Shown: positions 13,460-26,824 of the stretch, in pieces
Layout: each line of letters opens with the position of its first letter
Numbering within the stretch: the first letter of the stretch is position 1
The notes under the pieces: model-generated
Seen by the model: only the letters and a program-made list of their open reading frames with translations
Told to the model about the DNA's origin: nothing
Database searches by the model: none
Assembly: GCF_000150275.1 (NCBI RefSeq)
Contig: NW_002060952.1
Span: forward strand, 890,482-954,481
DNA length: 64,000 nt
Reading direction: 5' to 3'
Source: Trichoplax adhaerens
Taxonomy: Eukaryota; Animalia; Placozoa
Position numbers and translations under genes: made by a program

Positions 13460-15482
13460 ACGGGCTAAGAAAGCTGTTTTCCTTATCAAAATGAAGAAAG
13501 TACTAGTAGTTGCCATCAACATTTGAAATGGCAAGGATTCTCATTTATTATCACTTTAATGTGTATATTGGATCTCAATTTATGCATATATGGAATACAT
13601 AGTATTTTTGCATATAGTAAGAGGTGTGAATAGTACTCGTTTAAGGAACTGTTATAATATATACTACAATTATACAGTTGGAGTAATTCAACTGAATTTG
13701 GACTGTATAGAAATTTTTAAGATTAATTTGATGAAGGTATCCTTAAAAATATTTTATCCTCGGATTTTGAATTATAATATTAATTTCATGAGATATGTTA
13801 TAATATTTTTTAAATACGTGATCGTTGGCAATATCTTGAATACATGTAATTATATTAATGGATCTGCACAAGGTTTATTGGACTATTTTACTCTATTCTG
13901 TAATGTAATATTTGGGTACTCTCTATTTTTTCGATAATTATGTGGATATTTTACTTCGGTCATTTCTATCAATAAATTAATTGCCCAATTTTTCAATATG
14001 CAAAGTTGATCAATTTATGCGAACAGATTGAGGCCTAGCAGTTCAGTTTCTACTCGCCATTGGGCCAGTGTACTAAAAGTACAGTACTGTACGTATAGTA
14101 AGTTAGTATTTTGAAGAGGTCTCTACAACTGTAGTAAGTGCAGGTTTAGACCGCGATAGTTCACAGTCAATTGATTTGTACAAACATGATTGTATAGAAT
14201 TATAGATTGAATCACTACCTTAAAGCAACTTGCTAGAACATAACGATAAATATCTTTGTTGGAGTATACCTATAACCGATAGAGTACAGTGCAGTAGAGA
14301 GCCTTTTTTAGAGTACAGGATGTATGGTGTTGAATTAATTTACTCTACTGAGCCATCTACAATACAGCCACATTAGCTAGAGGCATGCAGTCAACCCACT
14401 CCATTCTAGGAAGAGTCGAGTTGCTTAATTTTGACCATCTTACTATTCGACGAAAGTAATGCTGAATAAAGAATACGCATCGAGAATTTCATCACTAGTC
14501 TATTAGGATATTTAGGCAAAAGCAGTAACTACTTGGACATGCACTACAGCTACTACAGTATGCCAAGTATCACGAGTGAGATTTTCGATCGCTGTGCGCT
14601 GATGTGAAAAAGTATGCAAACACTTTGTTCCTATTGCTTTCATTCTCTATAGTCAAAACTGTTCAATTTCAACACACGACCACAGACTACTAAAATATCA
14701 TATACCATGCATGATTTTAGTAGTCCATGATACGACATTGACTTTAGGTTGCACCATTCATTGACGATTGGATAGTTATGAAATTTCTTGAGCAGATGTC
14801 CATTAATTAATTCATTAATTTCATATCAGCGCCATTCATTTAGTACTGTATCGAAACGTCGTGTACACTGTACAGTATATACTGTACAGCAGTGTACAAT
14901 GTACTGTGCTTCTTAAAAGTCTTTCCCGGTCATTGAAATTATATGAAATTATTATTTTAAAATTTTATTAGTCCAATTTGGTATCATTGGATAGCTTAAG
15001 TGCTTAAAAATTCAAATATCGTAATCAAAAATATAAAAATAATCAATTTATTTGCAGAAAGCAGGCTTCAGACACTTCAGTACGTTGCTGAGTAAAACAT
15101 AAAACCCTGAACGCATAGTGTACCCTGTACTGCACGGCGTATGCATGCTGTACTGTACACATTGACGTTGATTACACGCTCGCGAACGTATACAAAACGT
15201 ATAGTACAGTATTCCATTCCCGTTGCAGTAACAAGTGTAGACATGACGCAATCGCAAAGACTCTGACGTCATACCCTACAGTACTTACAGAGCAAGCTAC
15301 AGTACTATACTGTATTATACAGTACGCAACACTGTGGATAAGGACTGTAGATGAAAGGCTTGGAAAAATTTCCATTGACTAAATTACACGATATATTTTA
15401 AAATTAGAAAATCTTGCTGCTAAAATCTAAAAACATAGTAGTATTATTAGATTTAGATCTACATAGAGTAGCTGTTTTACTG

Positions 15483-15504
15483 ATATATATATATATATAT
15501 ATAT
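15483..15504. repeat. (AT)n microsatellite
   Basis: About 11 AT units upstream of the ARMC5-like ATG. Confidence 0.9.
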
Positions 15505-15588
15505 ACATATTCAGGCAGGATTACCATGTCTTTCTACTGTTGAATGCCCTAAAGGTAATCAAGATCGATCGATTGCTGCTGGATTAAA

Positions 15589-18500
15589 ATGAATACAATT
15601 CCAAAGTGCTTAAAAGTACTCCAATCCAAGGATGTCACACCGGAGAAGATGGCCAAGAATTTGAAACGGATTCTTGCATATACTAAATGCACTAATGATG
15701 TACAAACTATTTACAATCGTGGTGGGATCACTGTACTCCTAGATACCCTTTATCAAAGTAGTGAAAAAAACCTCAATGTTGTACAATTTGCTCTCATCGT
15801 GATTGGTAACTGCTTAAAGTATAAACGCGATTTACCTCAGGTAATGTCCTATTGAATAATGTTCAACTTAGCGTCTTCCATTATTCTTCGATATGTTCTA
15901 GTAGGTCTTATATTTAACGTCTACTTTGGTATAATAGGATGATGATAGCCAAAAAGGGGATTTTACCTTAGAATTGACTATTTTCATTTAGAATTCTACG
16001 CTAATTAATTATTGCAATCTGTACAGGTGTACAATGTAGTGCTACGCGTATAATGCTATACAGAACAAGTGCTTACACGGCCAGTAGGCTGTACTATACA
16101 GTAAATGGTGTTTCGTCGTTAGCGGACGATCAAAATGTTGATCATGACAGTCAAAGGATACCACAAAAAAGGAAATGAATGAGTTAAAGCGCTTTCCGCA
16201 CATCTTAGCTGCATACAACAGTAATTAATATTTCTCTGCTAGCAATCGATTGATGTAATGCCTCAAAATAACCACGAAATTAGCGTTGTTATGTTCATGT
16301 TGTTCATTGCTTGTGATTTGCAACGATTAAGCTCTTAGTTCTACTGTATTTTATTGACAGCATATTGTAAGTACAACAGATGATATCTTGTATTTATTGT
16401 AGTGATCAGTAGCATTATTGGATTGACTCTAAAGTGTTTCCATGTCAATAATTAATATCATGCTATACTGTGCTGAACAGTAGCCAACGTTGCAGTAGCA
16501 GGCAGTTACAGCCTGTTTCCCCACCCGCTGACTTGCCTAGTAAATACAATATAATACCGTAACAAATGTTAGCCTTGTAGCGCGTAGACCGGCTGCAGTA
16601 TTCGGTTAGGCTGCGCTTTCAATATGGATACGATCTATTCCATCGACTTCTATTTAATTAGTTCACGCGCTCACAGATATTCTACTTGCTTTGATTGATT
16701 TAATGGTAGTTTAGTATAGTAATTGATCTTCAATTGCGATCAATACTGTCCCTCTGATTTCTACTATGGGCGTACCAGGGTTGATGCAAAGGTATTGGTG
16801 ATGGATAGCAATGATAACAATAGTAACGAAAGTATTTGTTAGGTATAAGCGCAACTTTATTGAACTAGTTAAGCATCGAAGTACTTTACACTATAGTACT
16901 ATCCAATTCATTGCTATATAAAGAATGCACATCTTATAGATGCTATCTCGAAATACATATTAATCTACATAATACCATGTTAGGCTACACTGCATCCTTG
17001 CTGCATCTTAATACGACGGTAGCACTTTGTTTTTATGTACTGTATAAATAGGCGCGTATCGATGGATATACAAATATCTAATTAGTTATACCATAACCGC
17101 ACAACTACTCATCAATTACGTCTATGTAGATTTTAGTAACGTTATTGATTACAGTATTAGCAAAATAATAAATTAATGCATTATTTTTATAGGCATACAC
17201 CAAGGCGGACCTGGTATGGGAAGAATTGTGTGAATTCTTAGGTAAGCTGATTATGAAATTTCTTGAAACATAGATGTCAGATCTAATAGATCGTAGTCTA
17301 TACGTAGCGATATGATTCTACATCACTTTGTTATAGGTATTACTTAATACTGTAATCTGACTTTATTAATTTAAAATGTTGCTTCCGAAGTAAAGTACAA
17401 TGGTACAGGATACTAATAGGACTCATTCACTCGATCACAATAGTCATAAGTCATCAAACTTCGATGACAATCGCGAGCAGATGGTAGATTAATCAGTAAA
17501 ATTCGTGTTAATCCTTCATGTTTAATATTTGTTTCTTTCTACGCATATGATAGCCATGCTATAATACAGCTATTTGAGGATTCAATAGAATAATTATGAT
17601 GACTAATATCAGTTACTTTACTATATTTTATCGCACGTTAACAAAAATAATATTAGATTATAACCATATTTTGTCGCACATAGGAGTGAGCATAGTGTTT
17701 CGAATAAGATTAATGTTCACCTTAAATTATCGTCTGATCAGTCGTTGTAAAGGGAGTGGATTGATATTGTAATCAATCTGGTCTAAACTGAAAAGTATCA
17801 GATATTAGCAAACTGTTGCGATATTCGTACTGTAGTACTATGCGTATACATTAATTGTACTTTGTAACTTTCTGTGTACGGGATTAAGAGTTAATAGTGT
17901 TTTAGTTGTGAGACTTGCCTCCTATAGTAAATTAAATTCGTTTTATAGTAAAATATATTGTGTAGTGACGCCGTAGTCATAATTTGTTAATGCTATACAA
18001 TGTTGTAAATTAATTAGAGTTTGTTAATCTTCTAACAGTGAAGACCTTAAAGGCAGCAGAGGATAGCAATTACATTAGTACGCATTGTTTGAGAATACTT
18101 GACAAGTTGGCCCGTGAAGAATGCATGAGGGAATATATTTACAAACTTGTGGATGGCTTTCAATTGCTATTACAAAGATTAACCTTGGATACTCTCCGTT
18201 ATGAAGAAAATGTATACATTTTAGACATCATGGTAAAGTTACTCCATCAGAAGAATAGTAGCGTCACATTTGTAAGTCAAAATGGCCTTCTAAGGTTAAC
18301 AAAGCTTATGAGATCGACTGATGAAGTGGATTTGTTTCGTCGTTGCGCAGACATAGTTTTATCTTTAGCTAAAAGACGTGATAGGCAGTGCTATTTTCAA
18401 CGTTTAAAAGATGATGGTTGTTTTAAAACCCTAGTTACTGTTGGTATGGATAAGAAGAAATCAAGTAATATACGCAAAAAGACAGTTAATCTGCTGTTTA

Positions 18501-20976
18501 ACTTATGTGAAATTAAGCCATATTCTCGTTTCTTGGTCTTAGCCGATATTCATACGTTACTTATTCGATTGATTGAGACAGCACCGATGGGTCACACAAA
18601 ATCATGCGCTGTTCGCTCTTTAAGTTTGTTATGTTGTGATGTAGCTAACCGTAGTACGTTGAATAAATGCGGAGCCATTGAAATGCTAATATCATTACTG
18701 AAAGATAACAATGTTAAAAAGCTACATCATGTCATCGTAGATGGCTTACATTGGTTTTTATATGATCAAGAAGCATTGCAAGTGATGGTCAAGGAATATG
18801 ATCTTGTAAGCGCACTCTCAGGCCACTTGAATCGATTAATTGATGGGTTGGCAAATTGCGTTCGACATACGAACAGTACCGATGACAATTATTGTTATGA
18901 TAACACGATTGGTGTTGAACGAGAACAAAGTCAGTCGTGCGTTAATCCAGTGTTGTCTAGTAGTCCTCTGATAAATTCGATGGATAATTGTGAATGGAAT
19001 GGGTCACTTTCGCCGGTTTCATTAATGTCCATATCATGCAGTAGCGAATCGTCTTCAATATACTTAAACGACTCTAAGATAAACGAGAATAATAGCATTA
19101 GTGACATGAAAAATAGTGATAGGCTGTGTATTGCTACTATATTAAATTTATTAAAAGCCATTAGCAGGTTGGCACATAGTTATCATATCAACGTAGTAAA
19201 GTTCTGCATGAAAGGTTTACTCGGTTGTATTGTTAAAGATTCAGAAAACAGAGCTGATGCATACAAGGTTATGTCATTGATAATGGAGAATAAATGTTGT
19301 CTAAAGGTAATGCTGCGTCGTTGTGTTCCATGGTTGATCTACCAATACTTGATGAATGACCACGAGACTAACGTATCTAGTGGTAATTTCACTTATTTTG
19401 CCACACACTATCTACATGATGAATCGCTTAAAGAACACTGGAATACCTTAACAAATGATGAAGAAGTAACAACGTCAGCAACTGACCAGTTATCATCACT
19501 CAAAGACAGTGTCAATTTAACTAGTTCATTCATTACAGCTGTAACAGATACCTTACAAGCAGACGGTACGTATGCACTTGCCTAGACGTTTAAAGGCTGC
19601 GTGATAGTTGCAACTTTGCTCCTAATAGAGTAGTCTTTCTTGTAGTGTTTAAGTATCTTCTAATGAATGACTACCTGCTGAGGTCTCTTACAGTAATTAA
19701 TTAACTGTAAACTATAATTGGTATAATTTAGTGCTTAAGTGCGGTATTAATGCTTTATAACATGTGCTTTGTTTGAAATTTAAATAGTTTATTTTGTGAA
19801 ATTTTATGACAGACTATATTGCTACCACTTCCTCATCGCCTAAGGAGATGGCAGTATCACTACTACAACTTATTGGGAAAATATCAAGTTCAGATTATGG
19901 CAAAGGAGAAATAAAGAATATATTATCGACGGGCAATACATCGTGGAAAAGGGCTTGTGCCTTTTCTTTACCTTATTTGTTGAGGTGAGTCTACATATCA
20001 CATTAAAAATATTAAGATAGATACCTTTTTGGTATTGATAATTTTCTTTGCTTTCAGTTACGAACGATCTATGTACAAGGTACTCTTAAGAAACAATGGA
20101 ATATCAACAATACTGGAGCCTCTATTACTTGAGAACGTGGATGATTTTACCACTACGATAACGTGCCACTGTATTTCATCGTTAGTTGAGCGATTTCAAT
20201 CGTGTAAGCAAGTCTATCGACGAAAGCGCGCTCGTAGTAATGATGGAACTCAACATTTTACGAAAAAAGTTCAAAAATTGGAGATGTCGCAAGATAGTAG
20301 TCAAAGTTATTTTTTTATCGATGACAGCAGATACACTTACTATCAACAACAATCTTTTATGACTGCTGATGCTATACTGGTGACTGAGAATGGTAGTGAA
20401 CTTCCGGTCAATCGTGAAATTATTTCTCAGCAATCCGTCTATTTTTCAGCCATGTATAGTGGTTATTTTATTGAAGCTAAATTGGAAAAGTCATATATCA
20501 AGGAGATAGATGATACGGCAATGATTGCAATATTATTATATTTGTATGGATTTAACTGGCGTATACAGCCTTCTATTATGCAACTAAAGACTATTTTATC
20601 TGCAAATAGCATTAATGAAGTAAAATTTACTGTGAAATTATTCGATAGATTGGACGAGGAAGATAATATTGAATTTTATTGGAATGTTTTAATTAGTGCT
20701 GATAAATTATTACTGGAGGAATTGAAGGAAGCTTGCGAGCCGTACATTATAGATCTTTTGAAACCGCACAATAGGAGTGAAACATTATTTTTATCATGTG
20801 TTTACAGTTGTGAAGGTGTTTTTATGTACTGTATAGATCAATTTTTCCGATACTGGACGTCCGCTGAGCAATGTAATTGCTTTAAACAGTTTCCAGAACC
20901 GTATAAAGAAGACTTTATAAAGAGAGTTTGTAATTTTGTAAATAAGATATTTTTCTGTTGTGTTGACAATATTTAA
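15589..20976 (+). CDS. ARMC5: Armadillo-repeat plus C-terminal BTB domain protein (ARMC5-like, putative CUL3 adaptor)
   Basis: Exons 15589-15840, 17193-17241, 18039-19565, 19813-19984, 20058-20976 join in frame. ARM-like helices, a Ser-rich linker (WNGSLSPVS), ACAFSLPYL motif and BTB signature (ELPVNREIISQQSVYFSAMYSGYFIEA...ADKLLLEELKEACE) give the ARMC5 architecture. Confidence 0.8.
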
Positions 20977-22225
20977 ATTAGGCATACTTCTATAAGCGAA
21001 ATGAGTGCTTTATAACCAATAAATTTATTGTTGCTGAAGATGTGCTAATGTCTATAAAGTTTTTGTACGTTCGATATCATAAAATCGTTGTGCTTAGGCA
21101 TTTGTTACAATGTTCAGTATTTAGCTGTATTTACAGTTGATATTATCGCATGATTATTTGAATCCTAACTGGTCACGATGTCGCCTATCACTTCATTAGT
21201 CAATTAAGTCGTAAATACACCCGCAGATATCAACCTCTTAATCCCTAACGTAAGTAAGTCTACTTAACCATTTTAGGAGTAATATTTTTTGTATCAAAAT
21301 ATTATTATCTATCTAAGCAAATGGGTTGTAGGTTAGTTATCAAATATTATTAAATTGCAGTATTTTATCAACTTCGTACTGCATTTAATCAATATAGTTA
21401 AAGTTATATAGTGCAGTAAATGCCAGTTTTGTAGAATTCCGTTTCTGATAATACAAGAGATAACTATAAGGAATTCAGGGTAATTTAAATTAAGTAATAC
21501 TACGGATTGTAGATCTTATCATAATTTGCTAGTGCAAGTAAAGTACTGTACAAATGACTTTCGAGACGCTTCGGATTATATCCAAAAGATGATATAACTG
21601 AGGTCTTCCCTACATTTGATAGAAAATACGAAAGAACCCATCATCTAACCCATTATATCAGTTCCCCGAAGACGCAGTTAGATGCATAATAGGAAGTAAA
21701 CCGTAATACGTCAGTTCTCGTTTGGCTGTTTTATTTAATTCCAATTCAAATGCGTTATATCAAATTGCAACGTCATAATTATCATGTACAGTATAGTGTT
21801 TGCATATCAATTCCATTTAGAACATAATTACAGTGTATCATTATCTTTAAGATTATGCTAATGCAATGTATATAATACAGGATGTCTATTTGGTTAAAAT
21901 AAAAACGTAAAATAAATAAATAAACTTACTTTGAACAAAAGTCGTAAGTGAGCAAGAAAATCAAAAGTATAAATGTACAGTACAGATGTGGAGGATATTG
22001 TTTTTGATTACTTATTTTACGGCCTACAAGATCAAGATACATTAGTAACTTACAACAGAAAGCATTTACAAAAGATATGTCGATACCATACAACTAAGTT
22101 ATGGACATGGAATACGTATTTCGATGACGTATTGTACAGCAGTGCAAATGCGCAATATAAAAATAGATATGATAGCTATCTTCTCATTCTTGTATTAAAA
22201 GATATATAAACGACTTTATAGTATT

Positions 22226-24767
22226 TTATTTTGGTAGCTTTAGCATATTGTCGGTAAGGGATGGCGTGGAAGGTTTTTGTGTCGGTGTATTCGTTGCATA
22301 ATTTATTTTCGGCGTCAGACTAGAGTTCGGTTTTGGAGTTCCATTAGTGCGTAGTGGGGACGGACTATAACTTTGACGTAAAGCAACGTCAATTGATTTT
22401 GATCCGAAGCCTTTATTTACCAATCTTTTAGCAGCTGGAGATAACATGCTCAGCTTCTCGGCAGGCGACATAAAATTATTACGAGGGCTATCCAAATTCA
22501 ATATTTTATAAACACATGGATTAATATCAACTTTTTGTAAATTGTCTTTTAGTAACATAATTCACAAATGTACTAGCAACATATAATAATGTTGTATTTT
22601 AATGGGAAGCATCCGTTAACTTTTTCACCTACCTAGCTTTTAATACGGATATACTGGAATTTCTTTTACTTTCTCTTTGCTTGCGAGAAATTTCCTTCGA
22701 TAATTTAAGGCCTAACTTCTCCCGTTCAGGAGGCTCAGGAATTTTAAATATAGGACCAGGAGTAGCATCACCTTCGATGCGCATGGGTGTACTCTCGATC
22801 GTACCCCAAGTCATTACAGGTGTCATATCAAGTCCTAACGATAAAAAGAGGTTGAAATTTAGTTCATAAATTACGCATTGAGATTTTATAAGCTCGATGT
22901 AACAATCCTAGCAACACCATGCATATTTGCTAACATGACGACGCTAAAATCAATAGACGTAGTGTAAAGATTAAATATTAATATTTTAATTCTGTGTACC
23001 TGGCTCTATTTGAGGAGTACTGACAAATCCGTAACCGTTCACCGCTGGACTAGATTCATCAACATAAGGTTTGCCATCTACGTCAATTTTCCCAGATTGC
23101 GCCAGTATTGCCTGCTTAGCTGAAGTAGTAGCAGCAGCAGCAATAGCACCTCGTTGTCGCTGTTCATCTATCGATTTATTTTGGTATCTCGTATTATGGC
23201 ATTGCACCTCTCTTGCATTAAGACCGCGGTCTTTGAGTATTTCTTCGGTAGTCTTGTCTACACCGTCGGGATAATACATAAGGCAATTTCTTACACGATA
23301 AGGCCATTCTTGTAGTTTTTTCTTTTCATTACCGTCGGTGATGGCCAATGAATCGTCATTATTAGTTTGGCTAGCAGCTTCTTTCTCGTATAGATAGCTG
23401 TATTTTTCACGTTGTCGCTGTTTAGCAATTTTCATAAGATTATGGAAAGATGCTTCGTCTTCGCTGATATTTCGTGTCATAAAAGTATCCAAGGATACAT
23501 TGGTATCGGGTTTACTACTTTCATTGTCTTCGGCTTTAGCCTGATTGGTGTTGTTTGATCTCGAAGTTGATCGCACACTATCAATAGTAGGTGTTTCAAA
23601 TGTTGATGGGGTAGCTGAAAGGACGATATGAAGAGGGATCAGCAGAAGAATAAAATGTAGAATATCAAGATAGGATGCTATCATGTAATAGATTCAAGTA
23701 AAGATTATCAGCCTTCAAAATGAATTCGTCATGAAACTACGTAAGAAATTTTAAACTGCTTTAATAATAACTGGTCATTTCTGAAATCAAGAGTAAAATA
23801 ACAAGAAGAGAGGTTATTACTTAATTGACTTTGGTTATTACAAGACTATCAGCCTCAAGAATGGATTAGTTATGAATTAGTTAAGATATTTGAAACTGCT
23901 ATCATACTGTAATAACCAGTTATTTCTTACGAAGATCCCTTCAATTTTCTTTATAGTAAAAGCTGTTAAAATTGAAGTTTCTTCAATTAAGGTAGCAAGT
24001 AACATTCAGTTTTTGTTCAAGACAGTAGAAGGTCATTCTATCGATATTCTATCTAAATTTAGCATGTTCTAAAGGTGATTGTCTACCTTCGAGAACAGAA
24101 TTTTCTTCTTGAAGTAGTCTACGTTCGGAAATTTCTCTTAATTTTGCCAAGTCGTTGGTTTCTAATGCTTTGGCATATTCAGAGTGATCGCGAAGTTGGG
24201 GTAAATCAGGGAAGAAATCACGCTGGATAATATCTTCTACACCCTGCAATCAATTCATCACGAATGTTAATAATAAAGTATCCGGTAAGATACATAAAAA
24301 GTACTTTATGCTATGCTGATATTTTACAAGCGCCAATAACACGTAACATGACCTAATCTAGTGATCGTCCACACTAATCTTAGTACTTCAAGAAACGAAC
24401 AATTTGGTCGACAGATCATAGAGCAGTAGTATCACTAGGCAGATAGTACAGTAACATCGCTCATGCCTTGGCCACAGCGTTAAAATATAGTATTCGATCA
24501 TGACAACTACGTTTATTCCCCTCTCCATGATCGACCCTAGAGAAAGAGTTTCTTTTGGGTCTGTCTAATTAGCTAAGTCGAGCCTATTCTAGAAGTCAGT
24601 GTGTCCAAGAATAATTTCAATTTGTTGTTTGTCATCAACACAATCCTCCGCTAATATTTCGCTCCCTACAGCCAGTCCATGAATACCTATACGCTCACTG
24701 AATCCATTACCTTTATATATTCCTCTTCATTCAGTATTTTTCTCTTTTTCTTCGCAACAGTAGCCAT
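22226..24767 (-). CDS. ESS2: Splicing factor ESS-2 homolog (DGCR14/ES2)
   Basis: Exons 24767-24711, 24243-24087, 23614-23000, 22834-22633, 22487-22226. Motifs ILNEEEYIKGVEDIIQRDFFPDL, TPSTFETP, SEDEASF, VNGYGFV, PVMTWGTIESTPMRI, LSPAAKRL, SLTDNMLKLP. Confidence 0.95.
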
Positions 24768-25357
24768 TTGGGGAAAGAATTGGATAGAATCGCTGGTTGT
24801 TAATCGATAGCTTTTGACGGAAGGAAAAATTCCACCGTACTATTACGTTGCCTTAACGATTACAGTACTGTCACAACTGTACGTCTGTACCCTGTGCTTT
24901 ACAGTTAGTGTGCAAAAGTGATGACGGTATAGCTGGTGATAATTCGGGGTCATGCCATGTAGACAGGTGGAGAACTAGTGATATTACTTTTGCTAGAGAT
25001 TTGTACAGCACAGTCTAGGCTGCTGTACAGTACATATGGTACAGTGTACAGTACAGTACAGTACTGTAGGTTGTCTCGTGTCTTCTACTGTAAATCTACA
25101 GTACTGTACATTGTAGATTGACAGTAGTTGTACTGTAGGGTAGAGTGTACTATACTGTACGGTACAGTACAGCCCATTTATAAAGAATTTTTGGAATACA
25201 CTGTTCAGTAAAATGGAGTCCATCATGTGAATGCACCTATAATATATTTATTTATATTATAATATAAATCCTGACGGCAAAATAATTGTTTGGAGACGCC
25301 ATAAATAAACAGGCTTAATCATATAATACTTTGTGATCAAATTCTAATAACGACAGT

Positions 25358-25667
25358 TACGTATGAACTATACTGTACAGTGTACAGTACATCGAAAACC
25401 AAAGTAGCCTCCAAATGGCAGTCAAATAAATAATCTGCAAAATTTTAGTCAATCTACACGTTGTTGGCTATGATAGTCCCTGTCTCTTTCATTGAATACC
25501 TTACCCTAAGAGTATACGTATGAACTATACTGTACAGTACATCGAAAACCAAAGTAGCCTCCAAATTGCAGTCAAATAAATAATCTGCAAAATTTTAGTC
25601 AATCTACACGTTGTTGGTTATGACAGTCTCTGTCTCTTTCGTTGAATACCTTACCCTACGAGTATAC
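25358..25667. repeat. Direct tandem duplication, two copies of a ~150-157 bp unit
   Basis: TACGTATGAACTATACTGTACAG...AATACCTTACCCTA.GAGTATAC occurs at ~25358 and ~25515 with a few substitutions and one 7-bp indel. Confidence 0.95.
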
Positions 25668-26824
25668 TTATCGTAGCTTAGGCTACAGAGCTCTGCAAAC
25701 CTCTAGCACTGAGTCGTAGAAGTCTGATGCTACCTGATCGCACCCGCGAATTTTAAATAACACGTAGACTTGCTAGTAAAAGTGTCAAATCATTGCTAGT
25801 TTGCATCTCGACAGTATAGCCTTCTCTCTCTTCCCAAAATCTTCACATGATATAGTAGGTTTCTGTAAAATGGTACCCGGATCATTAGCAATGATGCCCA
25901 TACGAGTATAGTATTATCACTTGTCACTCGATGACGGTACTAGTTCCTTTCTGCTAGTAACGCCACTGGTGTCGAGATGAAATTACTGTACTTACCTAAA
26001 ATATCCTGTAGACAGATTTCAGTAGCGATCGCTTGAAGGGTTATCAAAAAATAAAAAAATAACTCAGGCAATTCTCGGTTATTCCAATAGATCATCGAAA
26101 TAAAGCGCTTGAATTTCTAGTAGTAACTTATAACTCAAAATCACGACCTGAAGAAACCTCTTAGCCAGTGCATGCTGAATCATTGTGATATGGGAAAGGG
26201 TGAAAATGGACTAGAGGCGCTAATGCAATAACAAGGGATATCATACAGTATAATGACGCAAATACGAAACTAGGCATACAGATCTGGCCAGTAATCATCG
26301 ATTACAAACGCTTGAAAATACCTCCATCTGCAGAGCAGCACGTATAACTTTATCATAGTCTATGTACCTTCACTCCTCCATGACTGGAAGTGAAATATTT
26401 GTATATCAAATAATACAGTACATGGTAATCCTATTTCCCTGTAATATCGTGAGCAAAGGTTATGTTAAAATCTTGTTTACTAATTGTATGTCAAGGACTA
26501 TTAATACTAGCAATGACACTTTTCAACTGACTCAATCGTGATTTAAGAGTACCTGTGCTACGATCAAGTACAATAAAAAACATGTTATTACCCTGATAAT
26601 ACGATTACTTGGTAAAACGTTTTTCTAACAATTAGCTTTGCTAAGACATATGAAATAGAATGTCTCTGCTACACTGTAGTAAGATAGTGCTTTGACTTGG
26701 TTTAAAAACGCAAAAACGTCTTTATTCTTTTGTATCCAACAATGATCATCTTTTCAACGTAGCTCAATAAACTATAGAATTCCGATAAATAACACTTATT
26801 AGCAATCTAGTTGTGTAAAAATTA

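Noticed and set aside
13737-13745. GTATCCTT U12-type donor-like sequence (also at ~63406)
   Set aside because: Not at an exon boundary of any supported gene model
13590-13937. 115-aa ORF downstream of the CCDC89-like gene
   Set aside because: AT-rich low-complexity I/N/Y/F composition with no recognisable domain; probably 3'UTR or intergenic
18931-19161. Antisense ORFs overlapping real exons (also 20182-20433, 23071-23274, 35982-36269, 48317-48520, 63613-63834)
   Set aside because: Shadow ORFs of coding exons with no independent support
24993-25226. ORFs rich in TVQYSTV (also 15048-15375, 29480-29677, 62279-62524, 63011-63370)
   Set aside because: Translations of the non-coding TACAGTAC motif clusters
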